The position numbers and the translations under genes were made by a program. The notes under the pieces are model-generated. The model did not search any database. It was not told the DNA's origin and was given only the letters and a program-made list of their open reading frames with translations. A stretch of DNA of 64,000 bases from Bacteroidia bacterium (GTDB lineage Bacteria; Bacteroidota; Bacteroidia; NS11-12g; UBA9320): assembly GCA_965216465.1 (NCBI GenBank), contig CBDCFW010000006.1, positions 1,056,001 to 1,120,000 on the forward strand. Reading direction: 5' to 3'. Positions within the stretch are counted from its first letter, which is position 1, and each line of letters opens with the position of its first letter. This document shows, one piece after another, positions 29,781-38,619 of the stretch.

Positions 29781-31322
29781 ATGGCAAAGACAGTAGAGGA
29801 ATTATTGTTCGATTTAGGAATTAAACCTGTAAATGAGAGCATTTGTACCGGAAGAGAATGGGTTACATCTTTAGGCACAGAAACGATAGATGTAACAAGT
29901 CCTGTTGATGGCAAAAAGTTAGCGAGTGTAGTCTATGCTTCACAAAGTGAATACGAGCATGTGTTAAAATTGGCACAAGAAGCATTTGAAAAGTGGAGAA
30001 CAGTTCCTGCGCCTGTACGAGGTGATATTGTAAGAAAATTTGCTGTTAAGCTACGATTGAGAAAGAAAGATCTTGGCCGATTGGTTAGTCTAGAAATGGG
30101 CAAAAGCTATCAAGAAGGGCTTGGAGAAGTTCAGGAAATGATAGATATCTGTGACTTTGCTGTTGGACTGTCTCGACAGCTTTATGGACTAAGCATGCAC
30201 AGTGAGAGACCAAATCACCGGATGTATGAACAATGGCATCCACTTGGGATTGTTGGTATTATATCAGCCTTTAATTTCCCAGTTGCTGTATGGGCTTGGA
30301 ACAGTATGATTGCAGCTATTTGTGGGGATGTCTGCATTTGGAAACCAAGCGAAAAAGCTCCATTGTCAGCCATTGCTTGCCATCAAATATTAAAAGAAGT
30401 TGTAGTCGAGAATGATATTCCTGAAGGAGTGTTTAACTTGATTATTGGCGACTATAGAATTGGAGAAAATATTGCCAAAGACAGAAGAATTCCATTGGTG
30501 TCTGCAACGGGAAGTACACGTATGGGAAGACGCGTTGGACAGATTGTAGGAGCTAGACTTGGCAAATCGCTACTTGAGCTTGGAGGAAACAATGCAATCA
30601 TCGTTTCGGAAAATGCAAATCTTGAGAATGCTCTAAGAGCAGCAGTTTTTGGTTGTGTTGGAACGGCCGGTCAACGATGTACTTCAACAAGAAGATTGTT
30701 GGTTCAAGATACCATTTTCGATAAGTTTAAAGATAAGCTAGTTGATGTTTACAGTCAATTAAAAATAGGTGATCCACTCGATGAGTCAAACCATGTAGGA
30801 CCATTGATTGATACTCAAGCCGTAAAGGCATTTCAAAATGCAATATCTGAACTCGAAGAGGAGGGAGGAACCGTAGTTTATGGAGGAGATGTTCTTTCTG
30901 GAGAAGGATACGAAAGCGGTTGTTACGTAAGACCTTGCATTGCTGAAGCACAGAACCATTTTAATATTGTTCAAGAAGAGACTTTTGCACCCATTGTTTA
31001 TTTAATTCCTTTTAGAAACTTAGAAGAAGCTGTATTGATGCAAAACGACGTGAAACAAGGACTAAGTTCAGCAATTTTTACTGATAACATTCAGGAAGCT
31101 GAAGCGTTTTTAAGCAGCCAAGGAAGCGATTGTGGTATTGCCAATGTGAACATCGGAACCAGTGGTGCGGAAATCGGAGGTGCGTTTGGAGGCGAGAAAG
31201 AAACAGGTGGTGGACGTGAAAGCGGATCTGATGCTTGGAAAGCATATATGCGTCGTCAAACGAATACCATTAATTATGGGAATGACTTGCCTCTAGCACA
31301 GGGGATTAAGTTTGATATCTAA
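29781..31322 (+). CDS. Aldehyde dehydrogenase, ALDH7/piperideine-6-carboxylate dehydrogenase-like
   Basis: ISAFNFPVAV, LELGGNN, TAGQRCT, EETFAP, GGGRESGSDAWK. Confidence 0.9.
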   Translation: MAKTVEELLFDLGIKPVNESICTGREWVTSLGTETIDVTSPVDGKKLASVVYASQSEYEHVLKLAQEAFEKWRTVPAPVRGDIVRKFAVKLRLRKKDLGRLVSLEMGKSYQEGLGEVQEMIDICDFAVGLSRQLYGLSMHSERPNHRMYEQWHPLGIVGIISAFNFPVAVWAWNSMIAAICGDVCIWKPSEKAPLSAIACHQILKEVVVENDIPEGVFNLIIGDYRIGENIAKDRRIPLVSATGSTRMGRRVGQIVGARLGKSLLELGGNNAIIVSENANLENALRAAVFGCVGTAGQRCTSTRRLLVQDTIFDKFKDKLVDVYSQLKIGDPLDESNHVGPLIDTQAVKAFQNAISELEEEGGTVVYGGDVLSGEGYESGCYVRPCIAEAQNHFNIVQEETFAPIVYLIPFRNLEEAVLMQNDVKQGLSSAIFTDNIQEAEAFLSSQGSDCGIANVNIGTSGAEIGGAFGGEKETGGGRESGSDAWKAYMRRQTNTINYGNDLPLAQGIKFDI

Positions 31323-31329
31323 ATTGCTT

Positions 31330-31946
31330 CTACCAATTTACAGGCTTAACTAACTTAAATCCCGAGCCATTATCAATGATGTCATTAAATTGATTTTTCT
31401 TAATTATATTTTTTCCGATGATTATTGAGCCTTTTGAAGCTCGAGCGACAGATTGGTTATGTCGTTTTGGTGGAAAAGCTACAAAAACTCGCTTTTTTTC
31501 AAAGTAATGATGAATTGCTTTTATTGGAGGAACAAGGTCACTATCACCAGAAATTAGCATGGCCATATCACATTTATCTTGAAAGGCATCTAGCATTAAT
31601 TGAGTGGCAATATTTACATCCGTCATCTTTTCATTATAGCTGTTCCAGAGAAAGGAACATTGATTACATTTTATGGTATTTGACTGATATTGGCCAAAGT
31701 ATATCTTAACTTTTGTAGTTTTCAAAGCATCAAGATATAACGACTGGTTCCTTTCTTTGTGAAGATCGTTTTTTAAGCGACTTGTAAAATACTTCACTTC
31801 AATTAGTTCTTGATTTGGCTTCAATATAGATTGAACAAGCGATACGAGATTTAACCAACGATAATTACCAATTCAGCTTGTAGCAATCCAAAGTGAAGAT
31901 TGAATCCGTCGATATAGGCAATTACCCTTTCTGTAGTTTTTGACAT
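31330..31946 (-). pseudogene. NYN (LabA/DUF88-like PIN fold) nuclease with a 1-bp frameshift near 31870
   Basis: ATG 31946 gives MSKTTERVIAYIDGFNLHFG then stops; shifted frame continues GNYRWLNL...EKMTDVNIA...SGDSDLVP; span of 617 nt is one base short of a multiple of 3. Confidence 0.8.
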
Positions 31947-31974
31947 TATTAATCCTGTTTTTGTTTTTTCACTT

Positions 31975-31982
31975 TATCTTTG
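31975..31982 (+). promoter_or_regulatory. Bacteroidota -7 promoter element, divergent from the NYN gene
   Basis: TATCTTTG matches TAnnTTTG; no correctly spaced -33 element found. Confidence 0.5.
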
Positions 31983-31987
31983 TATTA

Positions 31988-32045
31988 GCATCACCAAGGA
32001 GAGTATCCTTGGTCCGACGCCACCTAACGGTGGCGTTTCTTTTTT
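31988..32045 (+). ncRNA. Candidate ~58-nt two-hairpin small RNA
   Basis: ACCAAGGA-gagta-TCCTTGGT, then GACGCCACC-taac-GGTGGCGTT and a T-tract, just after a TAnnTTTG element; no ORF. Confidence 0.45.
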
Positions 32046-32208
32046 AACGAGCTTATAACGAGCGTGTTGCGGCTACCTTGAGATTAATGAAACTCTATGA
32101 AATGCTATTCGGTTTGAGGTGTAGCCGAATAAATCACCATTAGGATTAATAATTTTTAAGAAAAGTTCAATGATTTGATTATGGCGTGTCGTGCCAACAA
32201 TTAGCTTG

Positions 32209-32568
32209 TTAGTTAATATCCCAAAACTGATAAAGTTTGTTGATCATAAAACTTTCGTCTTCGTCAACCGACTCATCAGCACGAACCAACTTTAAAGCAA
32301 AATCTAAGAAATCTATGCGTTCTTGTTCAGTAGAGTCGGCATAAAAGTCTTCGGCACATTTTTGCAATAACAAAGGATAGTCTTCTTCAGGTGTGGTACT
32401 CATAACTTCAAGCGCCGATTCGAAGTTGCCACCTAATGGGAAACTGTTTTGAATGTAGTCTACGATAATTTTTCCTTCTCGTGCATCAAAATCACCATCA
32501 ACGGCAGCCAAAATGCTCAGAATCAGGTATCCTGCTATGTCCTTGTTTTTTCTAGTTGTTGTAGCCAT
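32209..32568 (-). CDS. TerB-like family protein
   Basis: LAAVDGDFDARE and LVRADESVDEDE duplicated acidic motifs. Confidence 0.75.
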   Translation of the reverse strand: MATTTRKNKDIAGYLILSILAAVDGDFDAREGKIIVDYIQNSFPLGGNFESALEVMSTTPEEDYPLLLQKCAEDFYADSTEQERIDFLDFALKLVRADESVDEDESFMINKLYQFWDIN

Positions 32569-32600
32569 TGTGAATGCAATTTAATCTATTTTTGACGGGT

Positions 32601-33209
32601 ATGAAAAGATTAGCTTCAATAATTTTTTGTTTTATAATCGTTTCAATTTGTGAAGCTCAAAACTTTGATGCATCCTTGATTTTAGGAGCGAATTTCAGTC
32701 AAATTGATGGAGATCAATTTGCTGGATACAATAAGCTAGGTTTAAATACGGGAATTGAGATCAGTAGGGAGGTAAATGAAGAATGGGATGCGGCCTTTGA
32801 GCTTATGTACAGCATGAAAGGAAGCAAAAAGGTTATTGATCCTGATGTTTTTGAGCCTACGTTGAAAATTAGCTATCATTATGTAGAAGTACCTCTTTTA
32901 GCAAAATACAAAGGGTTCAAAAAGATTGAGTTACTAGGAGGGGTTTCATTAGGCGTTAATGTATTTAATGAACGTGATGACAACGGTATTATAACAGAGG
33001 AAGATGAACTCAATAGAACTGAAGTTGCTTTGGTTTTAGGTGGAGGGTACTACATCTCAGATAATGTAGCTTTAGAACTTCGCCATGGATATTCTTTACT
33101 TTCAGTGCGTGATTTTCCTATTGTTGTTAATAGTCCGACCTGGTTTGGTCGAGCAGGCTGGTATAATCGTTTGTTTACAGTAGGTGTGAGGTACGATCTA
33201 GGTAGTTAG
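32601..33209 (+). CDS. Outer-membrane beta-barrel (porin family) protein
   Basis: Signal peptide from ATG 32601, GANFSQIDGD, YSMKGS, YVEVPLL, terminal VGVRYDL. Confidence 0.8.
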   Translation: MKRLASIIFCFIIVSICEAQNFDASLILGANFSQIDGDQFAGYNKLGLNTGIEISREVNEEWDAAFELMYSMKGSKKVIDPDVFEPTLKISYHYVEVPLLAKYKGFKKIELLGGVSLGVNVFNERDDNGIITEEDELNRTEVALVLGGGYYISDNVALELRHGYSLLSVRDFPIVVNSPTWFGRAGWYNRLFTVGVRYDLGS

Positions 33210-33232
33210 TTGTCTGTAAAAGTGATTTCAGA

Positions 33233-34216
33233 TTGAATTATATTGGTTCAAAACAACGCCTTATTCCTTATATCGGTAGAACGATTAAAACCTTTGTAGA
33301 GGGAGAGCTTAGTGACATGGTTTTCTGCGATTTGTTTGCAGGAACGGGCATAGTTGGCAACTATTTTAAATCAAGAACCAAACAAATAATCTCAAATGAT
33401 CTAGAGTTTTATAGCTATGTACTGAACCGGCATGCAATTGGCAACACCGAAAGTTTAGAGGTTAAAGAGCTACTAAGAGAACTTAATGCTACAGAAGGAG
33501 TTAAAGGTTTTGTCTACTCAAACTACTGCAGGGGTGGCGGTACTGATCGAAATTACTTTACAGACAGCAATGGAATGAAGATTGACGCCTGTAGAGTCAA
33601 GATAGAAGAATGGAAACAAGAAGACTGGATTAATGATGATCAATATTTTTATTTACTTGCTTCGCTTATTCATGCGGCAGATAAAGTAGCCAATACAGCA
33701 TCGGTGTATGGGGCGTACTTGAAGTCGATTAAGTACACCGCTGGATTTGATTTGGAGTTGAAACCTGTTAAATACAAGAAGACACATCAGAACAACTTGG
33801 TTTACCAAGAGGATGCCAATGAACTTCTGCCCAAATTAGAAGGGGATATTCTTTACCTCGACCCTCCCTACAACACCCGACAATACGGTTCAAATTATCA
33901 CATGCTCAATACTATTGCAAAGTACGATGGCTTTGAACCCTTTGGTAAAACGGGTTTACCACCTTACAACAAGTCCGATTATTGTAGTCGCAAAAGAGTG
34001 AAAAAAACGTTTAGTGACCTCTTTAAAGTGGTGAATTTTGAGTACATTTTTTTGAGTTACAACAACGAAGGCTTGTTAACCAAAGAATACATTTTAGAAA
34101 CATTATCTCGCCATGGTGATGTAAGGCTAAAGACTAAAAAGTACAAACGTTTTCTAGCCGAGAAGTCAAAACCAATGGAGAACATCCAAGAGTATTTGTT
34201 TTGTGTACGGAAATAG
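33233..34216 (+). CDS. N6-adenine DNA methyltransferase (D12 class), no adjacent restriction enzyme
   Basis: MNYIGSK, DLFAGTG SAM motif, YLDPPY, LSYNNEG, EYLF. Confidence 0.9.
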   Translation: MNYIGSKQRLIPYIGRTIKTFVEGELSDMVFCDLFAGTGIVGNYFKSRTKQIISNDLEFYSYVLNRHAIGNTESLEVKELLRELNATEGVKGFVYSNYCRGGGTDRNYFTDSNGMKIDACRVKIEEWKQEDWINDDQYFYLLASLIHAADKVANTASVYGAYLKSIKYTAGFDLELKPVKYKKTHQNNLVYQEDANELLPKLEGDILYLDPPYNTRQYGSNYHMLNTIAKYDGFEPFGKTGLPPYNKSDYCSRKRVKKTFSDLFKVVNFEYIFLSYNNEGLLTKEYILETLSRHGDVRLKTKKYKRFLAEKSKPMENIQEYLFCVRK

Positions 34217-34251
34217 CTTCAAGGGCTTGGTCAGAGACCCTGAGCGTAATT

Positions 34252-34389
34252 CTAGTTATCGCGTTGCTCAAATTTCTCGTTATTTTTCTCACGAATTCGT
34301 CTCCGAATTAAGTAGATAATTAGAATCAAACAGACAAGGTAGAAAAGTCCTTGAAGTCCAATAAAAAAGATGTGTACGTTGTCTATCAT
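34252..34389 (-). CDS. Small membrane protein, 45 aa (absent from the ORF track)
   Basis: MIDNVHIFFIGLQGLFYLVCLILIIYLIRRRIREKNNEKFEQRDN; ATGA overlap with the upstream stop codon; TM helix plus basic tail. Confidence 0.7.
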   Translation of the reverse strand: MIDNVHIFFIGLQGLFYLVCLILIIYLIRRRIREKNNEKFEQRDN

Positions 34390-34700
34390 TTCAATTTAAC
34401 TGCAGTACCATACGCCAAAATTTCAGCTGCACCTTGCATCACCATCGAGGTGGTTAAACGAACATTGACAATGGCGTCTGCACCCATCTTAGTAGCATCT
34501 TCTTGCATGCGATAGAGTGCCTGTTCACGAGATTGAGCTTGCAACTGTGTGTATTCATTGATTTCGCCACCAACAATGTTCTTGAGTCCAGCAAAAATGT
34601 CTCGTCCTACGTGGCGAGCACGTACGGTACTCCCTCTTGCAATTCCGAGTACAGTTTCAATTTCATGATTAGGAATGGTTTCAGTTGTGGTAATTATCAT
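34386..34700 (-). CDS. YbjQ (UPF0145) family protein
   Basis: MIITTT, GLKNIVGGEI..Y, GADAIV.VR, YGTAVK. Confidence 0.93.
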   Translation of the reverse strand: MIITTTETIPNHEIETVLGIARGSTVRARHVGRDIFAGLKNIVGGEINEYTQLQAQSREQALYRMQEDATKMGADAIVNVRLTTSMVMQGAAEILAYGTAVKLK

Positions 34701-34772
34701 ATGCTTCCAAGATACAACATAAAACTACGCAAACCAATAAGCATCGCTCAATGTAAATGAAAAGTCGTCGGA

Positions 34773-35651
34773 CTAGATTACTGCAACTTTTTCTCTTCGA
34801 TGGGGATGTTTATCTAACAGTTCTGTAGCTACAATCGGGTTGATGATAAAGTTGTTCAGTATCATGTAGCCTTGCTCATTAGATTTTTCATCAAGCCTAA
34901 TTTTTTCAATTGACAGGTAGGCCTGTTCTTCCCCTTTTGCGTGAAAGATGTGTATTCTTGAAAATTGAAAAGCTTTTCCTGGTCCTAAATTCTCGATTGT
35001 AGATATCACGTCTTCTTGCAAGTTTTGAATCAGTTTTGTTACACCACCTATGTATTCAAAATGATAGTCAATTGTGTACTTCGGGAACCATTTATTTAAA
35101 ACTTCTGAGAATGGATAAACTTCAGTTTTGTGGATGGCAACAATTGGCAGTCCAACAAGAATTATGAACTCAATAAGCCAGATTGCTGTAAGTGCAAATC
35201 CATTTAAAGGGACTTCTCCAATTCCCCATAAACCAACCTCGTTAATTTGAAGTGCTACCTCCAGAATAACACGCGGATCTAGAATATAAGGCATTTGGGC
35301 AAAGTATTCTCCAGGCGTAGGAACGGCCAGTTCAAATGCGTACAGAATATACACGCTCCATTGAAAGTAGAAAGCCATTAACCCGATAAAGAGAGCGATA
35401 ACATATTGGCTCTTTTTATTTCGATTCTTTGATAGTCGCGTGGCTAAACGTGCTAGCAATCCAAGTCCTAAACCAAAACCTACACACAGCACCACAGTGA
35501 GATAAATAATTGGATTTATAGCGACAGCGACTGCATATATGTAACCTAAAACTAGCGTTAGTGTTAAACATATACTTAGTGTAACCAGTAAATTGAGAAA
35601 ATTGATTGACTGAGATTCTTGGTAGAAAAGCTCAGGATTATGCTTTCTCAT
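34773..35651 (-). CDS. Hypothetical membrane protein
   Basis: Four TM segments followed by a soluble C-terminal domain. Confidence 0.65.
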   Translation of the reverse strand: MRKHNPELFYQESQSINFLNLLVTLSICLTLTLVLGYIYAVAVAINPIIYLTVVLCVGFGLGLGLLARLATRLSKNRNKKSQYVIALFIGLMAFYFQWSVYILYAFELAVPTPGEYFAQMPYILDPRVILEVALQINEVGLWGIGEVPLNGFALTAIWLIEFIILVGLPIVAIHKTEVYPFSEVLNKWFPKYTIDYHFEYIGGVTKLIQNLQEDVISTIENLGPGKAFQFSRIHIFHAKGEEQAYLSIEKIRLDEKSNEQGYMILNNFIINPIVATELLDKHPHRREKVAVI

Positions 35652-35654
35652 AAT

Positions 35655-36266
35655 TTATTCTTCTCTTAACACCTTAAAAATTGTCTTTTCTTCAATCATA
35701 GAAAGCAAATCAGCTTTCGCAAAGGCGTAGATTGATGTATCTGAATAGTTTTCAGGTCCGAGAAGCTGGTCCATTCCTGATTTTCGGTCAACAACGTATT
35801 CATTCAACATTACATAGGTGCTATCTTCTTGTTCACCAAGAACGAGCATGGTTGAGAAAGTCCCATCTTCAACTTCATATTCGTAAACATCACCTTCGAT
35901 AGGAGTTTCCACCATAGACTTGTATTCTTGTTTGTTATAAATACCCATAACTCCAGAAACGGCTAAACCTATCACCACAAGTCCAACTCCAATATATTGC
36001 CAGAATGGTCGCTTGGCTTCTTTTTTTAATGCCGTGTATTCCTGTTTCAGTTCAAGAGTCATGTCTTTCTTTTCAAATGCATGTTCACATTTTTCACATA
36101 CTGCAATACCTCCTTTTTTATAAGGAAAAAGAGGAATCCAAAATATGTGGGCGTGATTGCTATGAAAGGCAAAAGTTATACAATCCGTTTCTCCGCAATT
36201 GGGGCATATTGCAGTTTCTGAATGGACGTTTTCTAAGTTCGCAGTTCCCCAGCCATAAATAATCAT
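35655..36266 (-). CDS. Zinc-ribbon membrane protein
   Basis: MIIYGW, CPNC, HIFWIPLFP, CEKC, single TM helix. Confidence 0.8.
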   Translation of the reverse strand: MIIYGWGTANLENVHSETAICPNCGETDCITFAFHSNHAHIFWIPLFPYKKGGIAVCEKCEHAFEKKDMTLELKQEYTALKKEAKRPFWQYIGVGLVVIGLAVSGVMGIYNKQEYKSMVETPIEGDVYEYEVEDGTFSTMLVLGEQEDSTYVMLNEYVVDRKSGMDQLLGPENYSDTSIYAFAKADLLSMIEEKTIFKVLREE

Positions 36267-36287
36267 AGGTCGCTAATATAGTCTAGA

Positions 36288-37370
36288 CTATTGAATAATC
36301 TCATTCATTTTTTCCCATATGTCGTTGAGGAATAATATGGGAACCAACGCATTATCAGGATTTTCACCCATTCTCACCAAAACCAAATCCATAGAGGGCA
36401 CAACGCAAACGTACTGTCCATTCTTGCCCATGCCGGCAAACATGTCGGCAGGAGCATTTGGGGTGTTGCTGCCAGGAAATTCTATTTGAGACCCTGGCAA
36501 CATAAACGATGAAGATCCATTTAACCACCACAGATAGCCATATGCTTTATTGATTTCTTGCGATCGATTTGTCATATCATGCCAAAAATCTTGAGGAATT
36601 ATTTGGTCATTCTCCCATTTCCCTTCATTCAAAATCAAATATCCGAAGCGAGCCATCGAGCGAGCTGTGCTGAAGTATACATGGTTATCGCCCAACCAAA
36701 GCCAATAACCATTCATCCCGATTTTATTTCGAAGCTTGTCGTTAAAATAGGTTTCGAATTCAAGTTCAACAGCAGATTCTACTACTGTATCAAGAAGGGT
36801 GTATGGAGCATTATGGTAGGCCCATCGTGTTCCTGCATCTGCTTTGTAAGTCAGGTTAGAAGGTTCGGTGTTGTCTGAATTAAATCCTGCATCATCCAAT
36901 CCAGATGTCATGGTTAACTGATGCCAAATCGTAATCTTATCCTCCTGTTCTGTGGTAAGTGATGTCCAGTTGCCTAAATGGTCCGAAGTCTGGTCTGTTA
37001 TGTGCAGATAGCCTTCTTCTTGAGCAATGCCGACCATACTTGCAGTAAGGGTCTTGCCAGCTGAAGCCCAGTACCAGTCAGATTTTTCGTTAAAGTTGTT
37101 AGTGTTTAATAATCCTTTACCCCAATATTTTTCCATTACAATCTTACCTTCCTTAATTACCATAAAGGCACGCGTGCCATTGGTCTCAAGTAGATTGTTT
37201 AAATCTTCAATTTTATCAGTGTTCCAACCCAGTTCAGATGCGCTTGTTGTGGTCCAATCGGTGGATCCAATCGGTGGGAAATAGGTTGAAGATGGATTCG
37301 GTTGTTCAGGCTCGTCGTCTTTACACCCAAAGATGAATACCAGAAGTATTAAGGGGAGTAGTTTTTTCAT
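36288..37370 (-). CDS. Serine hydrolase (beta-lactamase/AmpC-like family) lipoprotein
   Basis: Lipobox IFGC, SAGK (SxxK), LTMTSG, YHN, YGYLWW. Confidence 0.88.
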   Translation of the reverse strand: MKKLLPLILLVFIFGCKDDEPEQPNPSSTYFPPIGSTDWTTTSASELGWNTDKIEDLNNLLETNGTRAFMVIKEGKIVMEKYWGKGLLNTNNFNEKSDWYWASAGKTLTASMVGIAQEEGYLHITDQTSDHLGNWTSLTTEQEDKITIWHQLTMTSGLDDAGFNSDNTEPSNLTYKADAGTRWAYHNAPYTLLDTVVESAVELEFETYFNDKLRNKIGMNGYWLWLGDNHVYFSTARSMARFGYLILNEGKWENDQIIPQDFWHDMTNRSQEINKAYGYLWWLNGSSSFMLPGSQIEFPGSNTPNAPADMFAGMGKNGQYVCVVPSMDLVLVRMGENPDNALVPILFLNDIWEKMNEIIQ

Positions 37371-37409
37371 GGACGTAGTATTAGTTCGCCCAAAGATAAC
37401 TGATTTGGT

Positions 37410-38237
37410 TTAAAGAGAACCGCTTTTAATATGGAGATCGCGTTGTGGGAACGGAATATGAACGTTATTTTCTCTGAATGCCTGATCTATCATAAATCGA
37501 AGGTCACTTTGTACTTGTTCAATAGGGAATAAATGATTCGACCAAAAAGCAAGCTCGAAATCTAAACTAGAATCACCAAACTCCTTAAAGAATACAATAG
37601 GAGCAGGGTTGGTTACGACCTTATTGTGTTTCCATGCACATTCAAGGAGTAGTTTCTTAATTAATTCAACATCTGAACCATAAGCGGCACTTACTTCAAC
37701 TTTGAAACGTGTAACAATATCACTATTGCTCCAGTTTATGAGTTTTTCACTCACCAGTTTGTGGTTAGGTATAATCATCGAAACTCCATCGCGTGATTCA
37801 ACTTTAGAAGTTCTTAAACCAATTTCTTTCACCTTGGCTACGATGCTATCAACCTCTACAATGTCGTTAACACGAATAGTTGGTTCGATAAGTAGGATGA
37901 TGCCAGATACAATATCATTGGCCACTTGTTGTAAACCAAGACCAACACCAAGTAGTAAGGGAGCTAAAACTGCAAAGATTTTCCAGTTTACGTGCAGTGA
38001 AATTAACGTAATAACGATAAAGAGTACAATCGACAGGTAGCGAACGATGCGTGTAACTGCATAGGCTCTTCCTGGATCGATTCGGCCATTTCTAACAGCG
38101 AGATTTGTTATTCTCTTAACCCATCTGTAACTAAACCAGATTACAGCAAATGCGAGAGCAATGTAAAATATGCTGACTACCTTCACTACTGCGTCTTCTC
38201 CAAAACGTAATATTTCGTAATCTAAAATATCTCTCAT
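37410..38237 (-). CDS. Small-conductance mechanosensitive channel (MscS family)
   Basis: GVGLGLQ, SGIILL, IGLRTS, IPN, IPFPQRD. Confidence 0.93.
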   Translation of the reverse strand: MRDILDYEILRFGEDAVVKVVSIFYIALAFAVIWFSYRWVKRITNLAVRNGRIDPGRAYAVTRIVRYLSIVLFIVITLISLHVNWKIFAVLAPLLLGVGLGLQQVANDIVSGIILLIEPTIRVNDIVEVDSIVAKVKEIGLRTSKVESRDGVSMIIPNHKLVSEKLINWSNSDIVTRFKVEVSAAYGSDVELIKKLLLECAWKHNKVVTNPAPIVFFKEFGDSSLDFELAFWSNHLFPIEQVQSDLRFMIDQAFRENNVHIPFPQRDLHIKSGSL

Positions 38238-38605
38238 TCTTCGATGGTGTTTGTTGTGTTATAAACTAGAGCAAAGAAACCATTATCTAATTTAAGATAC
38301 CCATAATCGTAGCAGAAAAAATAAGTTTTGTTGGCTTTTGTGGTATAGCTCGTTGTGAAATGACTGAAGCTAAAGCCGTGTAAAGAAAGCTCATTGTAAG
38401 TAACTTGGCTTTTCTGATTAGTCGTCGTTAATTGCCGTATAATGTCACGGTTCCTTTTTAAAACACGATTGACCGTTCGAATATAGTGATTGGATGCAGT
38501 GTAGCGTTTATTGTTGAATTCGTTTCGACAATGGCTGTTACAAAACTTTTTATCGCTTCTTCCATATAATTTGTTTTGGCAGGTTAAGCAATGTAGTTGC
38601 CCCAT
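38234..38605 (-). CDS. Conserved hypothetical Zn-binding protein
   Basis: CLTC...GRSDKKFC...CRN and FCYDYGY motifs. Confidence 0.75.
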   Translation of the reverse strand: MGQLHCLTCQNKLYGRSDKKFCNSHCRNEFNNKRYTASNHYIRTVNRVLKRNRDIIRQLTTTNQKSQVTYNELSLHGFSFSHFTTSYTTKANKTYFFCYDYGYLKLDNGFFALVYNTTNTIEE

Positions 38606-38619
38606 TTAGCAAATCTAAC

